Below are positions 54,214-62,644 of a DNA stretch of 64,000 bases, one piece after another. Made by a program: the position numbers and the translations under genes. The DNA lies in the NCBI GenBank assembly GCA_008690995.1, contig VRMN01000006.1, positions 496,001-560,000 on the forward strand, given 5' to 3'. The notes beneath the pieces were generated by a model. The model saw only the letters and a program-made list of their open reading frames with translations, had not been told where the DNA came from and ran no database searches. The DNA is from Porphyridium purpureum (taxonomy: Eukaryota). Positions within the stretch are counted from its first letter, which is position 1; every line of letters starts with the position of its first letter.

Positions 54214-57200
54214 ATGCAGGACTCGAACGGTGCAGCGGCCCAGAATTACGGCGCCCAGGAATCGGATTGCGCGGACGATGAGAGCAGCCATCCAGCGCGA
54301 GCGTCGCCAAAGCGGGCGGCGGGGCCCAGTGTCGTGGTCGAACTGCTGCAGTTGAGTGCGGAAGAAAAGGCGAACCCGGCCCAGTCGGACGCACCGAATG
54401 ACTCTCAACTAGCAGCTGAAGCGCGCAGTGTGGGAAATATCCCTCTTGCAGCTACTTCCGCCCGCGGGGAGGATCTTGAGTCCGCTGCGCAAGCAGCATC
54501 ACCGTATGACCGCCGGCGGAGGCGCGAGTCCGAAGGCGCGTCCGGTCACACGAGGGAAAAGGTGAGCCCGCGCGCGCTCTTCTCTTCTTTTCGAAAGTCG
54601 AAGCAGAATATGAGAGCTGGCGCCGGACCCAGTCCACCCATCACCCAGAGCGGCGAGGCTGGCTTTTCCGCACCTGGCGCAGAGACGGGTGAAGATGCTT
54701 TGAGAAGGGAGAGGCCGTTGCGAAATCCAAAGCAACTGATGCGCGCACTGCCCGTCTTTCACGTAGGAGTGGACTTGACCGAGGACTGGTCGTCTTCGTC
54801 GTCCACCTTCTCGGATAACATTCATGATGAAAGCCAGTTCCCAGAGGCTTTGTTTGCAAAGCGCGACGATGACTTTCGAACAGCATCCGGCCTGCCGGGG
54901 ACCGCTGTACCGCTAGGGGACGTGAACGTGGACAGCGACTTTGATGTGGCGGTAGACCCATTTGCGTTTCCGCCGCTTCATCGCGAACGGTCTAGTTTTC
55001 GATCTCTGCGCTCAGACTTACTAGTCGTCGAGCATCCGAAAGTGCGACTCGAGGCGCTTGCATCGCGGCATGTTCAGACCGCATTGCTCTTACTGCTTGC
55101 TTCGGTCTTGGTGGCAGGAAGTCTATTGATATGGAAGTGCGTGTGGGCAAACGGAGCGTATTCACAAAGCCGCGCATTCCCGGACGGACGCGCACTGGAA
55201 GTTTTTCTATTACCGCAATGGTTTGCGTGGTTTGAAGTGGGAATAATGCTATTCTGTGCTGTGCTTTTACTTTTCTTTGGCTCCTTATTCTTGGTCAGGA
55301 TCGCGCAAGCGCAGAGTCGCATCTACGAGCAGACTTGGGTTGCGCTAGTGCTTGTTTCGTTTTTCTTCTACGCCTGTCCAATTGGCGACATTTCTGACAT
55401 TGGAACCCAGAATTCGCAGTTGGTACTGTCACCGGACACGCGATATTCCGACTCGCATGACTTGGCGTACTGGTACATCTCCCTCAGCGAGATTGTGTGG
55501 TCTTTTGCGCAATTATTTTTCCTGTGGGCACTGGCTCAGCGGTTTCGGGCATTCAAATCACATCTGTCCTGGGAATTTTTTGCCCGGAAGCTGAGCGTGC
55601 TCGTTTTGCTGGTAGTGATCAAGCTGCTGCTGTTGGTGTGGGCTTACATTCAGGTCACAGACCAACCACTCATTTCGTTTATCTATGCGTATGTGCGTAT
55701 TCCCCTTGGCGAGGTCTCATCAGCATCGGGTGCGATCGTCGGAGTTGTCGCGTTTCTAGATTGCAGTGTATGGGCAGTGATTTTATGGAATTCTGTTCTT
55801 GCTGGTCATGTCGTGGCTAGGCTCGATTATTCCATTCATCGACGGCGCCAAATGAGCTACGCACTTTTTTTGCTGCTCAACTCTCCCACTTACGCTTCAT
55901 TTTTTGTGTTTGACTGCATTGCAGCATTTGCATTTCCTTCCGGGTATCAGTACACCGAGTATGTTCGCGCGGGCACTGCGCTCCTTTCGCCGCGAAGTGA
56001 TCGTACGAGCAGTGTGATTGTTGGTACTGTGTATGTGCTGATCCTCGTTTTCTTTTATTCGCCCGCCAGTGCACCTTCGTTGCTTTCTAGCCTCACGTGG
56101 CTCCCGTGCGCGAACCGGAATGAGGCTCAGAGGCACGCAGCAGAGGGTGTTTCCGGTGCAAGCCCTACGGGTGGCAACAGAAATGCGCTGTCGAGTCCTG
56201 CACGGATGAACTATAGGTACAAAGTGCGGGAACTGGAAACCAGGAGCATTGGCGAAGTTTTGAACATTCGCCCGCACGACTTCATTCTAGAAACAGTGGC
56301 GCTGATGTTCAACTTCTGCTGGATTGCCTACAGCTACGGCAAGCCAGGAAAGAAGGAATGGCTGCCACGAGATTTCGGGGACGTTCGGTTCAAGAAAGAG
56401 GCCTACCTTTCCGAGCCGGAAGTAGATGCGCATGTGCTCATTTTTAGCGCCACAGATCGAATTGTTGTTTCCTTCAAGGGAACTGCGTCATTGATTAACC
56501 TTCGGTCGGACATTTCGGTGCACAAGCGAGGCTTGGATCGCGTGTTTGAGACCAGTTTCCTACTTGCAGACGATCATGGCGGCGCCGGCGCGACACGCGC
56601 AAAGGCGGAGCGCTTAGAACTGAAAGCTATTGCAATGTCCGCGGCAGTGCACGATGGCTTTGCGACCGCGTACTTGGGGCTGCGGGATAGGGTGCGTGCT
56701 GAAGTGCTTCGCCTATACCAGGAGCGCCGTCGCGCCGTGTTTATTACTGGGCACTCCCTGGGCGGCGCCATTGCGACGATCTTCAGCCTTGACTTGGCAA
56801 AGGATGTTAACCGCGAAGACATTCACGTGATTACATTTGGCGGCCCACGCGTGGGTAATGACTCGTTCCGGCGGCTGTATAATCGTGTGATATCCCGGCA
56901 CTGGAGAGTTGTTGTGGCGCACGACGTGGTTTGCAAACTTCCCAAACTTGGCTACTCACACTGCGGTGACTGCGCGTTCTTCACCGACCAAGGCAGACTG
57001 TTTCTGGATCCGGCATTCTTCGAGCGCAATTGGTTCCAATCCTTTTCCAATTCGTTGCAGAGTCATCGCAAGGAAGCGTACGAGCTTGCGCTTTTTCAAT
57101 GGGTACAAATGGAACACCAAAACGAAAATCTGGCGATCACACTCTGGCCGCGACTGGCCAGAGAGAAAAAGCAGCGCATGCAGAGACGGATCGCCCCGCC

Positions 57201-57969
57201 TGAGCCTCGGGCACCCTTCTCGGGCTCGTTCGCCGGCGGGCTTCTGTCACCGAGGCGGTCTTCCGCGGCAGCGAACGAGGAGTCCAAGCAGCGACTGGTG
57301 CACAAAGCGTCTCTCAAGAGTCGCACCGCATCGTTTCTTACTAACGCGGAGAGTGAACCTCCAGGAATCATGTTCGCATCGTGTGACACTCAGATTGGTG
57401 ATGATGATGACGATCTTGATCTGGAGATCGGTGCCGAGGCTGGTATTGAAGCTGGAGTTGGCCCCCCGCAACCTCGAAGTTTTTCTGCAGCCCTGTTCAC
57501 GCGCTTCGCCACGAGTATCGATACCGTGAACACAACCATGGGTGCAGAAGACGGTCCTCCGTCACAGGCGATGGCGTGGTCGCCATCTGCGAGGCGGTTG
57601 AGTCTGGTGCCGGAGTTCGGACTCACGTCGCCTCGAAACTCGTCTGTTATTGCGCGCAAGCGTACTCATGTCATGGAAGGCGAGCGCGGACAAACTTCGC
57701 AAAAGACACGCTTCGATCAGTTGGAAATGTTGCACCCGAACCCCGGGTTTCTTGGAGCAGGCGACCGCGACCCGTCTGTGAGCGGTCGGAGACCGGGCGG
57801 TGGTAAAGTGTACGGTGTGGATAGCGTGTATGGGCCTAGCGGGGGAGCAGGTGCGTCAGGGGAAGGCTTTTTGTCACCGCGACATCACGGCAGCGTCGGA
57901 GACCGCCGTGGCTCGCTAGCCACGTTGGCGAGTCATGCCAGTCGCGACATGAGTAACTCCGGTATTTGA
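54214..57969 (+). CDS. Polytopic membrane protein (TMEM181/Wntless-like TM block) fused to a class 3 lipase
   Basis: About 8 hydrophobic helices, then IVVSFKGT, VHDGF, TGHSLGG, TFGGPRVGN, HDVVCKLP, Y.H.G and SH motifs of Lipase_3. Disordered termini. Confidence 0.88.
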   Translation: MQDSNGAAAQNYGAQESDCADDESSHPARASPKRAAGPSVVVELLQLSAEEKANPAQSDAPNDSQLAAEARSVGNIPLAATSARGEDLESAAQAASPYDRRRRRESEGASGHTREKVSPRALFSSFRKSKQNMRAGAGPSPPITQSGEAGFSAPGAETGEDALRRERPLRNPKQLMRALPVFHVGVDLTEDWSSSSSTFSDNIHDESQFPEALFAKRDDDFRTASGLPGTAVPLGDVNVDSDFDVAVDPFAFPPLHRERSSFRSLRSDLLVVEHPKVRLEALASRHVQTALLLLLASVLVAGSLLIWKCVWANGAYSQSRAFPDGRALEVFLLPQWFAWFEVGIMLFCAVLLLFFGSLFLVRIAQAQSRIYEQTWVALVLVSFFFYACPIGDISDIGTQNSQLVLSPDTRYSDSHDLAYWYISLSEIVWSFAQLFFLWALAQRFRAFKSHLSWEFFARKLSVLVLLVVIKLLLLVWAYIQVTDQPLISFIYAYVRIPLGEVSSASGAIVGVVAFLDCSVWAVILWNSVLAGHVVARLDYSIHRRRQMSYALFLLLNSPTYASFFVFDCIAAFAFPSGYQYTEYVRAGTALLSPRSDRTSSVIVGTVYVLILVFFYSPASAPSLLSSLTWLPCANRNEAQRHAAEGVSGASPTGGNRNALSSPARMNYRYKVRELETRSIGEVLNIRPHDFILETVALMFNFCWIAYSYGKPGKKEWLPRDFGDVRFKKEAYLSEPEVDAHVLIFSATDRIVVSFKGTASLINLRSDISVHKRGLDRVFETSFLLADDHGGAGATRAKAERLELKAIAMSAAVHDGFATAYLGLRDRVRAEVLRLYQERRRAVFITGHSLGGAIATIFSLDLAKDVNREDIHVITFGGPRVGNDSFRRLYNRVISRHWRVVVAHDVVCKLPKLGYSHCGDCAFFTDQGRLFLDPAFFERNWFQSFSNSLQSHRKEAYELALFQWVQMEHQNENLAITLWPRLAREKKQRMQRRIAPPEPRAPFSGSFAGGLLSPRRSSAAANEESKQRLVHKASLKSRTASFLTNAESEPPGIMFASCDTQIGDDDDDLDLEIGAEAGIEAGVGPPQPRSFSAALFTRFATSIDTVNTTMGAEDGPPSQAMAWSPSARRLSLVPEFGLTSPRNSSVIARKRTHVMEGERGQTSQKTRFDQLEMLHPNPGFLGAGDRDPSVSGRRPGGGKVYGVDSVYGPSGGAGASGEGFLSPRHHGSVGDRRGSLATLASHASRDMSNSGI

Positions 57970-58112
57970 ACTTTCGCATTATAAATATTTATCACCCGAG
58001 CACAAATTTGACTCGGCACAGGGCATGTCGGTTCAATTTCCGACGCAATCGAGATGTTCAAGTCTCTTCTCTAAATGCAGGCGCACACATTCACGCGCTG
58101 CGCGTGGAAAAG

Positions 58113-58931
58113 CTACCGGTTCGGGCACATAGGCCGGATGTGGCCAACTTGGTGGCAGCCATGGCACACTGGGGGTGCACGCCGGTTGCCTCCACCATCC
58201 ATGCCTCCATAGCCGCCCGCGTTCATGCCCGCATGGCCATCATAGCCGCCAGGCGGCGGGCCGCTGGGTTGCGCGCCAGAGCCGGCGCCCCGACTGAATC
58301 CAAAACGGTCAGCGCCGCCGTCATCTACTTCGTCTGTGCGTGGAATTTCAAAGCGCGCGTGGCCAAATTGGCACTCCGGGCCGTCCTTGCAAAACCCGGC
58401 GAGGTAGTTTGGGCACGCAACCCGCTTAACGTGGCGGTGGCGGCACTTTGGGCCGTGCTTGCAGAAGCCTCGCGCGTAGTACGGGCACTCATTGCGCTTC
58501 TTGTCCAGGTCGACGTGACGGTACTGGCATTCTGCGTTGGAGCATTCACCAAACTTACTGAAAAAGAAGCACTCGGGCATGCGCGACATGTCGAACTCGT
58601 GGAGGTACTCACAGAACTCGGCCTTCTTGCACAAGCCGCGCAGCCAATGCTTGCACACAATCAAGCGGTCATTTCGGGCATGCCGGTACTGGCAGAACGC
58701 GCCCTTGTCGCACTGACTGCCCCCTGGCGCGAAAAAAAAGCTGCACAAGTCTGTGCTATGCCCAGGCGCAGTCTGGTCCTCGACGTATTGTCTGTCATAC
58801 CCAAGATCCGACTCGAACTTGAAGATTTGCCCACACAAAGGCGCCGGCTCAAACACCGCAAAGCGGCTACCGCCGCCGCCGCCGCCGCCGCCGCTAACGG
58901 CTCCGCCAACATCCACTTGCGCGCCGGCCAT
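58113..58931 (-). CDS. CPSF30: Cleavage and polyadenylation specificity factor 30 kDa subunit (CPSF4/YTH1)
   Basis: VCKHWLRGLCKK...CEYLHE, PECFFFSKFG.C, CPYYARGFCKHGP.C, CPNYLAGFC..GP.C and a C-terminal CCHC knuckle. Confidence 0.95.
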   Translation of the reverse strand: MAGAQVDVGGAVSGGGGGGGGSRFAVFEPAPLCGQIFKFESDLGYDRQYVEDQTAPGHSTDLCSFFFAPGGSQCDKGAFCQYRHARNDRLIVCKHWLRGLCKKAEFCEYLHEFDMSRMPECFFFSKFGECSNAECQYRHVDLDKKRNECPYYARGFCKHGPKCRHRHVKRVACPNYLAGFCKDGPECQFGHARFEIPRTDEVDDGGADRFGFSRGAGSGAQPSGPPPGGYDGHAGMNAGGYGGMDGGGNRRAPPVCHGCHQVGHIRPMCPNR

Positions 58932-59492
58932 CGCGTTCTCGCCTCGACCACTTCACCCCTTCTTCGCCCAGCCGCGCAGTCTCGCGCCCGAAACGGTTCA
59001 AGTGGTTCATTTTATCGGTTTAAAACCCAGCAAGGATCCAGCAAGGCGGGCGAGTTGTTTTGGTCTGTTGTGTCGAACTCGAGCCAGCTTGGGCTGAGGA
59101 GTGCGGGGTGTTTGCGGACATGGAGCCGCCAGAAACGACAAGATTCCACGGCACTTGCAGCGGCAGGCATAGGTGAAAACATCGCCGTGGACTGGGATAA
59201 GCCCCGTCGGTGCGTTGTCTAGATGGATCCATTCGACCGCACCGGTGTTGAATGGCGTCCACGGTTCGTATCTCTCCAGTTGCCCACGTGAGTGAAGCGC
59301 GTGTCGTTCACAGGAGACAGCTCAATCAATACCGGGCATACAAGTCTGGCGGTGGCCTGTCAAGCGCAGAATCTATTCGGACTGGGATGTCGAATGGTAC
59401 TGCATCATAGGACGCGAAAAAGGCGGTCCTGAATGACGCGGTATTCAAGCGAAGAAAATCGGCGCGACGCTGTGTGCCGTTGCGCAAAGCCA

Positions 59493-60485
59493 TCACGAAA
59501 ACAAACCGCGACTCCAGCAAAAGTCGGCAAAGCGGAGAGACAGCAGTCCGCCACCACGGGTGTCTACATTCCAGGACGCGTTCCCTACTTGCACGGATCC
59601 GCGCTGAAGGGACTTGGTCTTTGCTGGCATTCTCACATTCACGGCGTCACCTGCCCTTAACGCCTCGAGTTCCGCGGCACTCATCTGAAAGTACAGAAGC
59701 TGCTCGTGCGCGCCGCGCCCGCTTTTGTCTTTGCGAAACAGCTCGAACCGGATCAGGCGCGCCGGATCGTCCATGAAGAGCTCAGAGTCGCGCAAGTCTG
59801 CGCTCTGGAACAGGAGATCCGAGTCATTTTCCTGCTGCGGCCGCACGACGACACCTGACAGGTATACTCTGCAAAAGTCTCCGCTCAGTGTTGTGCGCGA
59901 CACGGTAAAGAAGAATCCTTTTTTCGCCGGCAGAATGCAGCTTTCTCGGAAGCCAACATCCAAGGTCAGCGAGTGCGCCGGTTTATCCAGCACGCGCTCT
60001 GCGTGAAGCACGAGTGTGCCACGCCTTTTTTGGACTTTGCCAGACGCATTCGAGAGCACGATCTCGAGCTTTTGCATGGGTGCGTTTACAATATCCGACA
60101 GCGCGCACTCCGCACGCCCGATAAAATCGTGCTTGTTCACGGCGGAGGATTCTGAATCGCGGTCGAGCACGTCCATGCGGATGCGCTGCCTCATGTCAAA
60201 GTCTGTCACGTACGCAAAGCGGAACTTGTGCACCCAATTCGGCTCTAGTGAGTCCCACACAGTCTCAGTCATCCCCACAGCGCGCCATGGGCCATCACTC
60301 GCAATCATGCTCACGTCTTCGCTCTTGCTTGCCAGAGCGCCACCGTCGCGCATAAACAGGATGATGAATGGATCCGACTTGGAAAGCAGGTCCAAGTTGA
60401 CCAAGTTATACGCCGTCATTGCGACTTCCAGCACCGCACCGCCGCTCCCATTGGATGATGTAATGGATCTGAAAAACTCCGACAT
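59493..60485 (-). CDS. Copine-like tandem C2 domain protein (no vWA domain)
   Basis: NLVNLDLLSKSDPF, TETVWDSLEPNW, DVLDRDS...HDFIG, and a second C2-like block. ATG at 60485. Confidence 0.8.
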   Translation of the reverse strand: MSEFFRSITSSNGSGGAVLEVAMTAYNLVNLDLLSKSDPFIILFMRDGGALASKSEDVSMIASDGPWRAVGMTETVWDSLEPNWVHKFRFAYVTDFDMRQRIRMDVLDRDSESSAVNKHDFIGRAECALSDIVNAPMQKLEIVLSNASGKVQKRRGTLVLHAERVLDKPAHSLTLDVGFRESCILPAKKGFFFTVSRTTLSGDFCRVYLSGVVVRPQQENDSDLLFQSADLRDSELFMDDPARLIRFELFRKDKSGRGAHEQLLYFQMSAAELEALRAGDAVNVRMPAKTKSLQRGSVQVGNASWNVDTRGGGLLSLRFADFCWSRGLFS

Positions 60486-60752
60486 GATACTTGTCTCGTG
60501 CACCAACCCAGACAATGTCCGAGGGACGTGACCGCATCCAAAAGCGGGCGTCTGGCTCCTACCTCTTGCCCCAAGGCGGCTACCGCATGCGTTCGCCAGT
60601 ACCAACGCACACGAGCTCGCCGTCGCCGTCGCCGTCGCCGCGAGCAAATGCTCAAGTTCCAAACCGCTCGCGACTTGTCTTGAGTGTGCAACACGCTCGA
60701 ACGCTCGAGGTCACGCAAGTTCGCACTTCGGAAGAACGGGGGAGGCCGAGGC

Positions 60753-62417
60753 ATGATGTTCGTCGTGACGACGGCACGGGTGAAGAAACACGATGTGTGG
60801 AGCGGCCGCCGCGCCCACGTGTGCGCGCTGGGCCGGTCAAGGTCCAGGAGGGGCGTGAACGGGTGGCGCATGGTGCAGCAGAGGGCGGACGCGGTGCTGG
60901 AGGCTCAACGGGCAGGCGGGGACGCGCTGGTTGTGGCTGCGCTCGAGTCGGTCAGTTATAAGGTGGGGAGTGTGACTGTGCTTGAGAATGTGGACTTAAA
61001 GCTTGTTGAGGGCGAGATAGTGTGCCTGCTTGGCCCCTCTGGATCGGGAAAGTCGACTCTCATGCGCATTGTGGCTGGATTGGTAGAGCCATCGAAGGGG
61101 CTGGTCAAGTGGCACGGAAAGCCGGTTTCTGGCGGGGTGAACCCTGGCACTGCACTCGTGTTTCAGAACTTTGCACTCTTTCCGTGGCTGACGGTGCGTC
61201 AGAATGTGGAGCTTGGATGCGAGGCACAGGGAATCCCCAAGAGCGAGCGTGAGAAGCGCGCGCGTGACGCCATTGACACCATTGGCCTGGACGGGTACGA
61301 AAATGCATTTCCCAAAGAACTTTCTGGCGGCATGCGTCAGCGCGTGGGATTTGCGCGCGCATTGGCGGTACAACCAGAGCTGCTGTGTCTGGACGAACCG
61401 TTCAGCGCGCTGGATGTGCTGACGGCCGAGAACTTGCGTTCAGAGCTCTTGCGGCTTTGGCAGGACAAAGAACTGCCCACAAAGTCGATCCTCATGGTCA
61501 CCCACGGAATTGAAGAGGCTGTGTCGATCGGCGACCGACTGATTCTGCTTGGACGCGACCCTGGCCGCGTACGTGCGGAGATTACCGTCGACTTGCCCCA
61601 TCCGCGCGATCGCAAGTCACCCGAGTTCCAAGGGCTGACGGATTATGTTTACACGCTCATCTCTTCGACAGACGCAGAACTTGAACAGGACCGGTTGGCC
61701 GTGCTCGAACAGGCAAACAAGACCAAATCGCAGTCCTCTTTCCTCCCACCTTTGAACATGATGAAGAAGCAGCAGAATGGAAAGTCAGACCAAACTGCAG
61801 AGCTTAGGCGGCCATTGCAACCCATGAACATGTCAGGACCCTTGAGCGTAGCGTTGGGCATTCAAGCACTAGATCCTACCATCAAGGCGCGGTATCCCAG
61901 CCTTCCGGCCGTGCGCATCGGGTCTGTCGCAGGGCTGTTATTGTTTTTGGACGAAGACCAAGCCATGGACTTATCGCACCTCGGGCAGAATCTGCAACTC
62001 GACGTCGATGATCTGGTTCCCATCGTGGATGCAGCCGAGCTCCTCGATCTGATTCATTTGGAGAGCGGTGACGTGACGATCAATGATACAGGCAAGCGTT
62101 TTTTGCGCTCGAGCATTGACGAGAGGAAAAGTATTGTCCGCGAAGGAATCCAGCGCAGCGTGGACGCCAAGCTGATTGAACAGACGATGCTTTTACTGAG
62201 AAAGTCACGGTATGGTCGTATTCCGCAGGAGCTGATCTTTGACACCATCCTTTTGAAGCATTTCTCCCCGCAGGAGAGCCGCAGACAACTTGAGGTTGCA
62301 ATTGAATGGGGCCGCTTTGCCGAGTTGTTTGGTTACGATGCACCTTCAGGCGAGTTGTTTCTGTACCAGAGCGAGGAAGAAACAGAGAGCGAGAACGAGC
62401 CAGAAGTGCGATACTAG
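60753..62417 (+). CDS. NitT/TauT-family ABC transporter ATP-binding subunit with C-terminal AAA-associated domain, probably plastid-targeted
   Basis: GPSGSGKST, FQNFALFPWLTV, LSGGMRQRVGFARAL, LDEPFSALDVLTAENLR, VTH, C-terminal IEWGRFAELFGYD. MMFVV Arg/Ser-rich N-terminus. Confidence 0.92.
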   Translation: MMFVVTTARVKKHDVWSGRRAHVCALGRSRSRRGVNGWRMVQQRADAVLEAQRAGGDALVVAALESVSYKVGSVTVLENVDLKLVEGEIVCLLGPSGSGKSTLMRIVAGLVEPSKGLVKWHGKPVSGGVNPGTALVFQNFALFPWLTVRQNVELGCEAQGIPKSEREKRARDAIDTIGLDGYENAFPKELSGGMRQRVGFARALAVQPELLCLDEPFSALDVLTAENLRSELLRLWQDKELPTKSILMVTHGIEEAVSIGDRLILLGRDPGRVRAEITVDLPHPRDRKSPEFQGLTDYVYTLISSTDAELEQDRLAVLEQANKTKSQSSFLPPLNMMKKQQNGKSDQTAELRRPLQPMNMSGPLSVALGIQALDPTIKARYPSLPAVRIGSVAGLLLFLDEDQAMDLSHLGQNLQLDVDDLVPIVDAAELLDLIHLESGDVTINDTGKRFLRSSIDERKSIVREGIQRSVDAKLIEQTMLLLRKSRYGRIPQELIFDTILLKHFSPQESRRQLEVAIEWGRFAELFGYDAPSGELFLYQSEEETESENEPEVRY

Positions 62418-62644
62418 CTGCAGCAACAGCCGTCCAAATGAGGTCAAGACTTCCTAATCGGCTGTGGGAGGGTAGAAGTAACTGGAATGGTGAGAGAAAT
62501 GCACCTTGAACAAGAAGCAATTCCAGTCCGAAGCGCGTTCCTAACGTATTCAAATAGGAATGTTCACAGCACAAAACTTCATTCTTCGGGTCTCCAATCT
62601 GCATCACCTCTGCCATTCCGAACTTTATTTCATTTTTCGTTCCT

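Noticed and set aside
28007..58931. Functional cluster of RNA-processing genes (SEN1 x2, CCR4-like, RNase III-like, REI1, CPSF30) near the rDNA
   Set aside because: They are interspersed with unrelated metabolic genes, and such genes are common in a compact genome, so chance is sufficient.
57966..59222. 418-aa plus-strand ORF
   Set aside because: Antisense shadow of CPSF30.
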